The position numbers were made by a program, and so were the translations under genes. Below are positions 1 to 10,132 of a stretch of DNA of 21,298 bases, one piece after another. Under the pieces are notes generated by a model. That model searched no databases. It was not told the origin of the DNA and saw nothing but the letters and a program-made list of their open reading frames with translations. The first letter of the stretch is position 1. Each line of letters opens with the position of its first letter. Source of the stretch: Chiloscyllium plagiosum (lineage: Eukaryota); assembly GCF_004010195.1 (NCBI RefSeq), contig NC_057720.1, forward strand, positions 8,699,866-8,721,163, written 5' to 3'.

Positions 1-178
1 GAGGAATTGGTGGCATCTGATACAATTATAACATTTAAAAGGCATCTGGATGGGTATATAAATAGGAAGGTTTTAGAGGGATATGGATCAAATGCTGGCA
101 AATGAGACTAGATGAATTTGGGATATCTGGTTAGCATGGACAATTGGTCTATTTCTATGCTGTCCAGCTCTATGACTC
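1..178 (+). mobile_element. CR1-clade LINE 3' end (ORF2 C-terminus, 3' UTR and tail)
   Basis: Encodes ITFKRHLDGYINRK, matching the ORF2 end of the other CR1 copies in this window; ends in the CTCTATGACTC tail repeat. Confidence 0.85.
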
Positions 179-394
179 GATATGTATTTACATCCTCAGT
201 TCATCTCCTTGATGACATTTATTCCTTGAGAATCTTCCATAAGTTACAAAATTCATAAACAGCTTTGAGCGTCTAACAATGTGGTTCTTCACAATGTTTA
301 GGCTAACTCCCAAAAAGAAAAGCGAATTGTGAAGGATAAAGTGTCGAAAGCCTCACTCTCAGCATTACCACTCTTAATACAAGTGCACATTGAA

Positions 395-580
395 TAGCAC
401 AGTAGAAAATGTGGCTATTCGACCATTTCTTCTTCTGTCATCTCTTTGAGTTCTCCAATTATTGTCACTCATCCCTTAGGCTTGTGTCCATTAGACCCAT
501 TAATTTCTCCCAATTACTTTTGGAAAGTTGTTTTTGAATCTGCTTCCAACATACCTTCAGGCATTGTACTGTAGATTAAT
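395..580 (-). mobile_element. Old, degraded CR1-like 3' fragment
   Basis: Weak similarity by eye to the reverse complement of CR1 3' ends (gaatctgcttccaacataccttcaggc). Confidence 0.4.
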
Positions 581-765
581 ATGGTCACATGGAAGACCAT
601 GCAAAACTTAACTTATTATGCTTTTACAGCTAATGTTTCTTGTTCATTGTGAGTGTGTTGAAGTGCTTTTGTCTCTTAACCATTTCCTCTCATTTGCAAG
701 AATGTAAAATCATCATCTGTTTCTGGTGAATACTTGTTATTTATTTTCAGGTAATATGTGAGGGC

Positions 766-1285
766 TTTCTTTTCTTCATTCTGGAGATGAGAGCATGGCT
801 GGCTCAGACAGCATTTATTGCACATCCTCAGTTGCCTTAGAGAGAGTGAGGTTGGGTTACCTTCATGGACCGCTGCAATTCAGGAACATCTACAGTGATG
901 TTGAGGAGGGATTGATAGGATTTTGACACAAGAACAGTGATATAATCCTAAATCAGGGTGGCGCATGGCTCAGAGGTGAACTCGAAGGTGATGATGTTTT
1001 CTTTTTTGTCTGCGGATCTTCTTTGTATGAAGGTTGTAGCTTTGGAAACTTCTTTAAGGAACCCTAGTGAGTTGTTGAAGTGTATCTTGTAGATAATACA
1101 TACTGCAGCCACAGTACAGCAGTAGTGGAGGGATTGAATGTTGAATGTAGTGGATGGGGTACCAATGAAGCAGGCTACTTTGTCCTGGATAGTGTCAAGC
1201 TTCTTGAGTGTTGTTGGAACTGCACGCATCCAGCCAACTGGGGAGCATCCTATCACACCGAAACCTGTCTCTTGTAAGTAGTGGA
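766..1285 (-). mobile_element. 3' fragment of a second LINE family (CR1/L2-group), degraded
   Basis: Minus ORF 948-1256 reads PTTLKKLDTIQDKVACFIGTPSTTFNIQSLHY..TVAAVCIIYK, resembling a LINE ORF2 C-terminus. Homologous to 14512-15050. Tail GCAATAAATGCTG..GCCAGC is shared with the SINEs. Confidence 0.75.
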
Positions 1286-1312
1286 TGAAGGCATCTCACC
1301 TAACTAAATATA

Positions 1313-1510
1313 ACAAGGTCAGAAGTCAGTTGATACCAGGTTATAGTCCAACAGGTTTATTTGAAATCCCAAGCTTACAGAGCATTGCCCCCGATGAAGG
1401 AGCAATGCTCCGAAAGTTCGTAATTGCAAATAAACCTGTTGGACTATAATCTGGTGTCGTCTGGCTTCTGACCTTGTCTAACCCAGCCCAACACCAGCAC
1501 CTCCACATCA
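1313..1510 (+). mobile_element. Palindromic hammerhead-bearing Penelope-like short element, family B
   Basis: Inverted arms about 1313-1389 and 1399-1477, plus unpaired tail 1478-1510. Core CCGATGA-A-GGAGC-aat-GCTCC-GAAA at 1391-1415. Possible degenerate TSD taaatataacaa (1305-1316) / taaacagaacaa (1511-1522). Confidence 0.8.
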
Positions 1511-1544
1511 TAAACAGAACAAAGGTTTAGATGAATAGTGGTTG

Positions 1545-1622
1545 TGTTGAAAAGTAGTCAACATGAAAAATTTAAAGCTTTATTCTCTCCACCAATGCTC
1601 CTGACAATTTGCAGCATTTTAT
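1545..1622 (+). mobile_element. Possible heavily decayed family C hammerhead element
   Basis: gctttattctctccaccaatg..cagcatttt resembles 5197-5235; the ribozyme core is not recognisable. Confidence 0.3.
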
Positions 1623-2505
1623 GAGTTGAATTTAAGTTGATCTAACTTAGAGTATGGATAAAGCCAAGACAAGTGAAGTTATTGTTGATCAAAGCAATTT
1701 TATTTTCTTAATTACAGAATACATTAGTAATTTTAATTATCCCTGCAAATCAGAGTAACTGGCAGGTGTGAAAGGTATGAAGTTTAATAATGGGGGCTAA
1801 AATAATTAACAATTTTTCATAAATTTGAGAAATTGATATGTTGGTAATTATTTCAGTCATTAAAAGGAACAAAATTAAGCAGCCTACACACTTCAAGATA
1901 AATATTATATAAAATGCATTTTAGACATTAAAGGATTTAATATAATTATACACACACAGATAAATCATTATACTCAAGCTGGTGACTAAAGTTATAAGAG
2001 AGGAAATAGATACTTGAGGGTGAAAGCACATTTGATGGGATAATACTCTCTTGGTTTTTTTTCTGCTGTATGTGATCAGTTTGTTGCATTGTGTGGTCCC
2101 TTCTAAGTTGTCGTGAATGACATTGAGAATGAGTGTGGTGTGTGGCCTATTATTTTCCTGTATGATATATTCTAATTGCTTTGTGATCCATACTTTCTAG
2201 AGAGGATGTTGAATATGGGGTAAGAAGGGAGGTTAGAGTGGAATTTGCTAACATGTCCTTTGACTGTGCCATCTGTACCTTGTGGTTTGCTTCCATTTTT
2301 ATACCCTGCTCAGATACGTCTCCAGGTGATTTGTGGCTTGACTCAACCCAACAGTGACTATAACCTGCTCTAGTAGGTTTTTAAAAGGTCCTTGTTCTTA
2401 CGTGATTCTACATACTATACCATCAAAGTAAGGACATATTAGTCTGATACACGTTATATCTCACCCTTCTCATAATTCAACACATTTGTTTCTTTTCATT
2501 CCACA

Positions 2506-2566
2506 GGTTGATTGGCACAAATTCAATGGGCCGAAGAGCTTTTTTTCATGCTGTAGATCTCTATGA
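2506..2566 (+). mobile_element. Short CR1-type 3' tail fragment
   Basis: tgggccgaagagc..catgctgtagatctctatga resembles the CR1 3' UTR/tail seen elsewhere in the window. Confidence 0.45.
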
Positions 2567-2750
2567 ATGGGCCAAATGAACTATTCCATGACACCTCCTT
2601 GATTGAGTTTTTGTTTTGCACATTGATACTTCTTAAGGCAAGACCTGACAAAACACGCCAAGGTAATGTCTATTGTGAGGAATCCAGATTGCAAGCTAAA
2701 AGATTAGGAAAATCAGGGAGATGAAAGGAAAACTCCTTTCACTCAAAGAA

Positions 2751-2831
2751 GGGTTACACCTGAAACGTTGCCTTCCCCACCTCCTGATGCTGCCTGGCTT
2801 GCTGTGTTCTTACAGCCTCCTGCTTGTCTAC
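2751..2831 (+). mobile_element. Single-arm hammerhead-type element, family A-related variant
   Basis: (aagaa)GGGT-tac-ACCT-GAAAC-GTT followed by gatgctgcctggcttgctgtgttctt. Degenerate TSD 2733-2750 / 2832-2849 (15/18 identical). Confidence 0.65.
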
Positions 2832-2871
2832 CTTCTTTTACCCAAAGAACTTTTCAGTGTCAAAAGATAAT

Positions 2872-3310
2872 TAGGGTCATAGAGTCATCCAGCACAGAAG
2901 CAGACCATTTGGTCCAACTCATCCACACTGACCGGACATCCGAATCTGACCTTGAGCCATTTCCTAGCACTTGGTCCCCATCCCTTCCTATTCACATACC
3001 CATCTAGATGTCTTTTAAATGCTGTAATTATACCAGTCTCTGCTACTTCCTCTGGCTCCTCATTCCATACACGCACCACCTTCTGCACGAAAAAGTTACC
3101 CCTCAGGTCCCTTTTAAATTTTTCCCCTCTCACCCTAATACCATGTCCACTAGCTTTGGACTCCCCTACCCTGGGGGAAAGACCTTATCTACTTTCCCTA
3201 TCCAATCCTCCCATGAGTTTAGAAATCTCGACAAGGTCACACCTCTGTTTCCCAAACTCCAGGGAAAAAAGCCCCAGCCTATTCAGCCTCTCCTTATAAC
3301 TCAAACCCTC
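2872..3310 (-). mobile_element. CR1-clade LINE 3' fragment
   Basis: Minus ORF RGEKFKRDLRGNFFVQKVVRVWNE..AFKRHLDGYVNRK; tail gtcatagagtcat at the left end. Confidence 0.9.
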
Positions 3311-3489
3311 TGGTTCACAACATCTTTCTGGGGAACTAAAGGAAAAGAGACTTGAATGGGCACACCATCTTTCACAATTTTAGGATAAAAGTCAAGGAAG
3401 TACTGTTTCAATCATAACTATTTCTCCATTGTAGTGACATTGAATACAATAAGCACCCATATACATTCAACTTGAGAGAACAGATAGAT

Positions 3490-3645
3490 CCCTTTGTTTA
3501 AAATCTTACCCAGAAAGGAAATACTGTATTCTTTCAACTCTGCCCACTGGAATGTCAGACTTAATTTTCTGCTGATGTTCTTGGAATGGGACTTGGATCA
3601 CCAACCTTTATGCTTTGCTACAAATGTGATACTCACTAGGCTATA
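3490..3645 (-). mobile_element. Degraded tRNA-derived SINE head
   Basis: Minus strand has a degenerate box-B-like GGTGATCCAAGTCCC; overall pattern recalled as a shark SINE, not verified. Confidence 0.4.
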
Positions 3646-3724
3646 ACAGACACCAAAGCGCCAATATGTATACTGAGAAGGTACTATCTCGGGGACTATC
3701 TCAGAAAAGAAGCCAAACCTGCTT

Positions 3725-4428
3725 GGTGGAGGCAGTATTGTAGTTGTCACTGGGCAATACCCAGAATGCCCAGGGCAATGACTTGGGGCCATGGGTCTCG
3801 AATCCCACCAGGACCCCAGGTGGAACTTATCTAAAATAAAAAACTGATCTTCTGGTGACTTTTTAAAAATATTCATTCGCAGGATTAGGGCATCGCTGGC
3901 TAGGCCAGCATTTATTGCCCATCCCTCATTACCCCAGCGGGCAGTTAGGAATCAACATATTGCTGTGGGTCTGGAGTTACATGTAGGCCAGACCAGGTAA
4001 GGATGGTAGCTTCCTTCCCTAAAGGACATTAGGAAAATAGACTTTTTTTTCCCTGACAATTGACAATGTCATCATTAGACTCTTAATTTCAGGTTTTCAA
4101 TAATTTCATTTCCAACATCTGCTATGGCAGGATTCAAGCCCTGGTCCCCAAAACATTACCTGGGTCTCTGGATTAACAGTCTAGTAATAATACCAGTAGG
4201 TCATTGCTTCCCCAATTGTGTAAATACTGACAATTGTCATAAAAAGCTATGTTATTCACTCATGTCCCTTAGGGAAGGAAATCTGCTGTTCTTACCTGGT
4301 CAGACCTACGTGTGACTCCAGACCCAAAACAATATTGCTGACTCTTAACTGCTCTCTGGACATAGAGGGATGGACAATAATGCTGACTTAACTAACAATG
4401 CCCACATTGCATGAGCAAACAAGAAAAA
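3725..4428 (+). mobile_element. tRNA-derived SINE (outer copy, interrupted at 3860-4213)
   Basis: Box-B-like GGGTCTCGAATCCC at 3793-3806. Body resumes at about 4214 with tgtcccttagggaaggaaatctgc..gactccagaccc and ends in the LINE-like tail. Homologous to 14188-14505. Confidence 0.8.
3860..4213 (-). mobile_element. tRNA-derived SINE, same family, nested in opposite orientation
   Basis: Apparently complete copy on the minus strand: box B GGCTTGAATCC (4130-4140), body, and tail GATGGGCAATAAATGCTGGCCTAGCCAGCGATGCCC..GAATGAAT. Confidence 0.85.
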
Positions 4429-5018
4429 GGAGATTAAAGTACTTAGAATTTCACCACAGTTATATTTAGCTATTTATCATTGTGACTTGTTTCATTGTGC
4501 ATTGTTTATCAAAGCTGTTTTGTAAACAAGATTTAAAGAGGCACAAATATTGATATATACATATATAAAATATATAAATTTTACTCAGTTTGAATCTTCC
4601 CAACATCGATGTTCTCTATAAGGTATCGAATTCTTGTTGAATGCAAACTCCAAATCAGTTGCCATTCGATACCTTTCTCAAGTAGCTCCTGCAGAACCCT
4701 ATGTTCAGAGTCTGCATGATACCGGGGGACAACGGGACCAGTTCAAAAGGGATGGGGTTGGGAAAGGATGTAACATGCACATGTTTGACCCTTTCTTTCT
4801 CTGAAATCTAAACATGTACAAATTATACCAAGTGGTATGGTGAGTGTTGAGGAGTGAGGGGAGGGAAAATCGAGGATAAATTTAGTTGCAGGATACAGAA
4901 GTTGACTTGTTCAACTCATTTAGTCAACTAAGAGCTGGAATCTTCTGACAAAGATAGATATCAAACATCATCATCATACACTGGTTGACTTTCCTAGTGC
5001 CGACTTAATCAGAGACTA

Positions 5019-5283
5019 AAACAAAAAAACAAAAATTGCTGGTGAAACTCAGCAGGTCTGGCAGCGTCTGTGGGAATAAAGCAGAAGTGAATATTTTGAG
5101 TCCAGTGATTCTTCATCAAAAATGTTCGCATTTTGGAAAACATGGTATTTATGCAGCGCTGATGAAGAGTCACTGGACTCGAAATGTAAATTCCGCTTTC
5201 TCTCCACCAATGTGCTGAGTTGCCTCAGCAATTTCTGTTTTTGTTTCAGAGTTCCAGCATCTGCAGTTCTTTGTTTTATTTGA
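5019..5283 (+). mobile_element. Palindromic hammerhead-bearing element, family C
   Basis: Inverted arms about 5019-5118 and 5160-5246, ~40 nt spacer, tail 5247-5281. Core CTGATGA-A-GAGTC-actg-GACTC-GAAAT-GTA at 5159-5188. Probable TSD cagagacta (5010-5018) / cagggacta (5284-5292). Confidence 0.8.
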
Positions 5284-5457
5284 CAGGGACTATTTCATCA
5301 AAAGGTACCTTTTTTTTCTTGACTCAAGTTCCTTCTCTTCAGAGCCCAGAAGATGAATTGGATAGTCATTTTGGCTGTTTCACTGTCTGAAATTCTAGCT
5401 TCTGCCCCGCCTACGTGATTGAGATAGGTTTGTCTTTCTGACTGCCTGATTTCCTGC

Positions 5458-6001
5458 CACAGAGATGTATAGCACGAAAACAGACCCTTCAGTCCAACTT
5501 GTCCATGCCGACCAGATATCCCAACCCAGTCTAGTCCCACCTGCCAGCACCCGGCCCATATCCCTCCAAACCCTTCCTCTTCATATACCCATCTAGATGC
5601 CTTTTAAATTGTACCACCCTCCACCACTTCCTCTGTCAGCCCATTCCAGATACGTACCACCCTCTGTGTAAAAGAGTTGCCCTTTAGGTCTGTTTTATAT
5701 CTTTCTCCCCTCACCCAAATCTTATGCCCTGTTCTTCTGGACCTCCCTACCCCAGGGAAAAGACTTTGTCTATTTATCCTATCCATCCCCCTCATGATTT
5801 GGAGATGCCGGTGTTGGATTGGGGTGTACAAAATGAAAAATCACACAACACCATGTTATAGTCCAACAGGTTTAATTGGACGCACACCAGATTTCGGAGC
5901 GCCGCTCCTTCATCAGGTGGAAGATGGCACCTAGTGTTGTGACAGCCTAGTGTTGTGTGATTTTTAACTTTGTATGCCCCTCATGATTTTATAAACCTCT
6001 A
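5458..6001 (-). mobile_element. CR1-clade LINE 3' fragment, interrupted at 5801-5976
   Basis: Minus ORF IMRGMDRINRQSLFPGVG..RGERYKTDLKGNSFTQRVVRIWN; EVYKIMRG continues beyond the insertion. Confidence 0.9.
5801..5976 (-). mobile_element. Hammerhead-bearing element, family B, with short inverted arm
   Basis: Minus-strand core CTGATGA-A-GGAGC-ggc-GCTCC-GAAA (5916-5892). Short inverted arm about 5946-5974. 13 bp TSD cccctcatgattt at 5788-5800 / 5977-5989. Confidence 0.85.
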
Positions 6002-6009
6002 GTGCTGGG

Positions 6010-6215
6010 CCAAGGAAAAACACTGATTTAGTCCCCATCTCTGTGCAAGTCCTGCAGTGGTTGCCATTACATTCTGTCCCATTCTTTCCACCTGCCATGA
6101 GGTGTATTGAATAGAAATACTGGCTGTTCACTGACCTGTTTGACCATGCGCAGAAGACTCCCGTATAGTCAACAAGGGACTGCATGGGATTCAAACCAGG
6201 ACCTCCTAGCTATTC
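6010..6215 (-). mobile_element. Possible old tRNA-derived SINE
   Basis: Minus-strand box B GGTTTGAATCC (6198-6188); family not identified. Confidence 0.35.
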
Positions 6216-6479
6216 AGTTGGACACAGGTTCTGGATTGAATTCGAAGTTCTTTCCAGAACATTGAGACTTCTTTCTATTCCAATCACAGATGTTGAAAAA
6301 GAACAGATCTGTCTTTGCTTTCCGAGGTCTGAGTGTAATTGTCTTTCTCTCAGCTCTGTGACAAACTGCAGCTTATTACAGTGGCACAAAAACCTCACTG
6401 AAACGTATTTACAGGACTATAAAAGTTCACTGCCCCATAGATATTCATTTGACCCATTTTATCTGCACTAGTCCTTTGC

Positions 6480-6790
6480 TGGAGCAATCCAAATTTAATC
6501 CCGTTGCCCCATGTTGTCCCTCTAGGCTCATTTCAGACTCTGCTTCAAATATTCTCCGAAGCATTTTCTTCCATCCTCAAATGTTAAAGTGATCTCTGTC
6601 TGAAAAAGCCTGCTGAGAAAAATCATTCCATTTTTCTGTGCTGTATTGAAATGTTCTCCAATCTCTTTCATTTTCTTTTAATAATTCTAAATTGATATCC
6701 CTTCCTCACTGATCTGCAAGGGAAAATAACTATTCTCAGTTCAATCAAACGCTTAAATACCTCTAATGGTCTTTTTTGAAATCTTGCTGG
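6480..6790 (-). mobile_element. Very old CR1-like 3' fragment
   Basis: Weak colinear similarity by eye to minus-strand CR1 3' ends. Confidence 0.3.
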
Positions 6791-7070
6791 AAAGGGAGAC
6801 ATGTTGCTAATGTTTTTCAATTTTCAGTCATCAGGATCAATGCAAGAACACTAACTTCAGATGGTTACAATGATGAATACTACTGATGAAAAGAGCACTG
6901 ATTGGTTAACTCTGATTGTTTCAGGTGTTGCCACAAAGAAAGCAACAGGCAATTATAGGCTCCCTGATCTCCTGGGAAATACAGAATAGGTGCAAGACTT
7001 GAACATATTCCTTCTAATTGTAGAGCATAGGTCCCTTTGAATGAACATTTGTTGCTCCTAATCAGTGTAA

Positions 7071-7855
7071 ATAGAGTCATAGAGTCATATGATATGGAAA
7101 CAAACCCTTCGGTTCAACTTGTCCATGCCGACTAGGTTTCCCAAACTAAACTAGTCTTATTTACCTGCAGTTGGCTGATATTCCTCTAAACTTTTCTCAT
7201 CCATTACTTATCCAAATACCTATTAAATGTTGCAGTTGTACCAGCCTCTACCACTTCCTCTGGCAGCTTATTCCATACACGCACCACCCTCTGTGTGAAG
7301 ATGTTGCCCCTCAGGTCCCTGTTACTCTCACACCTTAAAACTCTGCCCTAGTTTTGGACCCTCCTACCCTTGGAAAAGACCCTGGGCTATTTCCCTTATC
7401 CATGTCCCTCATGATTTTATAAATCTCTTTAAGGTCACCTTTCAGCCCTGTTGCTCTCGGGAGAAAAGTCCCAGTCTATCCAGCCTCTCCTTATAACTCA
7501 AAGTCTCCAGCCCTAGTAACATCTTTGTAAATCTTTACTGCACCATCTCCAGTTTAATAACATCCTTCCTACAGGAGGGCGACCAGAATTGTACACAGTA
7601 CTCCAAATGTGACCTCATCAATATTTTGCGCAGCTGTAAGGTGACATCTCAACTTTCTGTACTCAATACTCTGACCGAAGAAGGCAAAAATGCCAACTGA
7701 CTTCCTCACTACCCTGTCTACCTGTAATGCCACATCCAGGGAACTATGTACTTGCATCCCTTGAACTTTCTGTATGATAACATTCCACAGAGGCCTACCA
7801 TTAACTATATAAAGTCCTGCCCTGGTTTGTCAAACCAAAATGCAACTCCTCACAT
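7071..7855 (-). mobile_element. CR1-clade LINE 3' fragment
   Basis: (atagagtc)n tail; minus ORF QVHSSLDVALQVDRVVRKSVGIFAFFGQSIEYRK; frameshifted. Confidence 0.92.
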
Positions 7856-8054
7856 AAATAATGAGCAAATGTTAATTTGAAATTTGGCATCCTTGAGTTT
7901 GTCATGACGAGTGCAAGCCAAAACAAAGTAGAAATAAATAAATCATCCCTCTGTCTTTAAATATTCCTGTGGAAGTGGTTGCATTTTTTCAATTCTCTCC
8001 ACTAACAACTATGTAAAGTTGGCATCACCCCACAGCCTCAATTACTTCGATATC

Positions 8055-8455
8055 GCAGAATCGTTGCATTTAGCTCATCATGCCTGTGCATGGTCTCCAA
8101 ATTAACATCTCACTTAGCACTGCACTCCTGTTTCCTCCCCTGCACATTACTTCTTTGCAAATAACTCTCTAATAACCTTCTGAATGCCTCAAGAGAAAAT
8201 GCTGCCACCATCTATGCAAACATCTCCCATCTTTTAGCTCTCTTACTAATTGCTTTCAATACGTACCATCTCATTCTTGATCTTTCAGTGGTTAAATCTA
8301 TTTTTCCCTCTTTACTTTGTGCAGATGATTTTGAATGCTCCAACTGCATCTCCACATACCTTTCTCTTCTCTAATGCAAACAATCCCAACCTATCCAGTC
8401 TATGTTCAGAATAGGAATATCTCTCTCTGAAACCAGGCTTGTTCATCTCTTTTTC
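8055..8455 (-). mobile_element. Old CR1-like 3' fragment
   Basis: aaacaatcccaacctatccagtct reads RLDRLGLF on the minus strand, the CR1 ORF2 motif. Confidence 0.5.
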
Positions 8456-8874
8456 GCTTTATTATTGACAACAGGAAACTTGGATTTTACAGTGAAAGGA
8501 CCATGTATGAGGTTAACTTGGAGCTGTATTTCTATTTTATATGTATTAAATAGGGGAAACATAGTTTTAGTTTCCTTTTTTTAGTTCTCTGGACTGCACC
8601 AGGTTGTCTGGAAATGTGCTTAAGAACATAGAATGCAGAACAGTACAACACAGGAACAGGCCTTTTGGCTCACCAAACATGCTGCCATTCTGAATTAATC
8701 CCATCTGATTGAACATGGTCCATATCCCTCTATTCTCTATCTGTTCCTATATCTGTTGAAATGCCTCTTAAATGTTGTTATTGTATCTGCTTCTACCGTA
8801 CCCCTCACAGCACACACTACCTTCTACAATAACCTTTCTCTGCACATTTCTCTTAAGCTTTCCTCCTCTCACCT

Positions 8875-8995
8875 GAAGGGCTTAAGCTGGAAACATTGAC
8901 TCTCCTGTCCCTCGGATGCTGCCTGACCTGCTGCACTTTTCCAGCGCCACATTTTTCAACTCTGATCTCCGGCATCTGCAGTCCTCCCTTTCTCC
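8875..8995 (+). mobile_element. Single-arm hammerhead-type element, family A
   Basis: Homologous to 16088-16205; core decayed and 5'-truncated. 12 bp TSD ctcctctcacct at 8863-8874 / 8992-9003, overlapping the element end. Confidence 0.85.
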
Positions 8996-9278
8996 TCTCA
9001 CCTTAAACCAATGCTTCCTAGCATCTGACATTTTCACCCTAGGAATCAAGACCCTGACTATCCACCCTATCCATGCCTCTCATCATTTTATTTATTTCTA
9101 TCAGATTGCCCCTCAGCCTCTGGCACTCTAATGAAAACAATCCAAGTTTGTCCAACCTCTTCTTATAGCTAATACACTCCAATCCAGGAAACATTCTGGT
9201 AAGCCTCTTTTGCATCCTGTCCAAAGCCACCATATCCTTTCCATAGTGTGGCGACCAGAACTGAAAACAGTACTCCAA

Positions 9279-9400
9279 AATAGGAAAGGTTTGGAGGGAT
9301 ATGGGCCAGCAGGTGGGAATAGTCTAATTGGGACTATGTTCAGCGTGGACTGATTGGATCAAAGGGTCTGTTTCCTTACTGTATGACTCTATGATGCTAT
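9279..9400 (+). mobile_element. Short CR1 3' tail nested in the opposite-strand CR1
   Basis: aataggaaaggtttggagggatatggg..ctgtatgactctatga; the host CR1 resumes afterwards. Confidence 0.8.
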
Positions 9401-10132
9401 GTGATGTAACTAAAGTTTAATATAGCTGCATCAAAACTTGTCAACTTTTCTACTCAATGCCCCAACTGGACATGCTCCAACATGAATTTAAATGAGACTT
9501 CATGAAAAACCTTGCATTGAATCAGACAGTGTAGCAAAAAATGGCAATATGTTCAACAGTTACTCACTGACACAGGGAAACAGAGACAGAAACAAGTTTC
9601 CTTTTAGAAAAGCAGAACCATTCTAAGTGTGCAAATTTCAGTCAGAAAGAACAGGTCTATTAAACCCAAAATTCAGTTTCTTTTGTAGCACCCAAAATAG
9701 TTTGAGCTGCAAAATTGTCCTGAATGGCTTCGTGACAGTTTAAGACAGAGGCGTTTGAAATAGCAGGTGATAGAAGAGGAGCTTAGAGAATCCCTGTTAA
9801 AAAATAAATGAGCTCTGTTAGCAGTTTGTTTAGGGGTTGCAGGAAGAAACATTAACCAAATAAATAGTATTAAGGATGTTATTGGAAAGAAACTAAATAT
9901 AACTGTGCCGACTGAACAAAGAGTTGAAAGTGGATATAGGGTGACCCTGAGGTTTGAGTATCTATCAAGGTTTATTGAGCGTAAAAAGGCTGAATCCATA
10001 TTTAGGTTATTTGTAATAAGACCACTTAGTTTGTATATAATGTTAAACAGTTTAATTTTCTCCCTTTTTAACTTTGATTCTTTTTTGTTAAAAGTACATT
10101 GTTAGCCTCTTGGGAATCTATTCAATGACTGA

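Larger units (their letters stand above)
8622..9465 (-). mobile_element. CR1-clade LINE 3' fragment with two nested insertions
   Basis: Minus ORF EYCFQFWSPHYGKDMVALDRMQKRLTRMFPGL..RLDKLGLFSLE; agaacatagaa tail. Confidence 0.9.

Noticed and set aside
5400..5425. GC-box plus CAATCACGT promoter-like motif on the minus strand
   Set aside because: Isolated short motifs with no CpG island, wedged between repeats.
6883..6915. CTGATGAA..gttaactctg resembling a family C start
   Set aside because: No stem II, no GAAA box and no downstream homology.
9673..10105. 108 aa and 66 aa ORFs
   Set aside because: AT-rich, no recognisable domain; likely chance ORFs in non-coding or LTR-like DNA.
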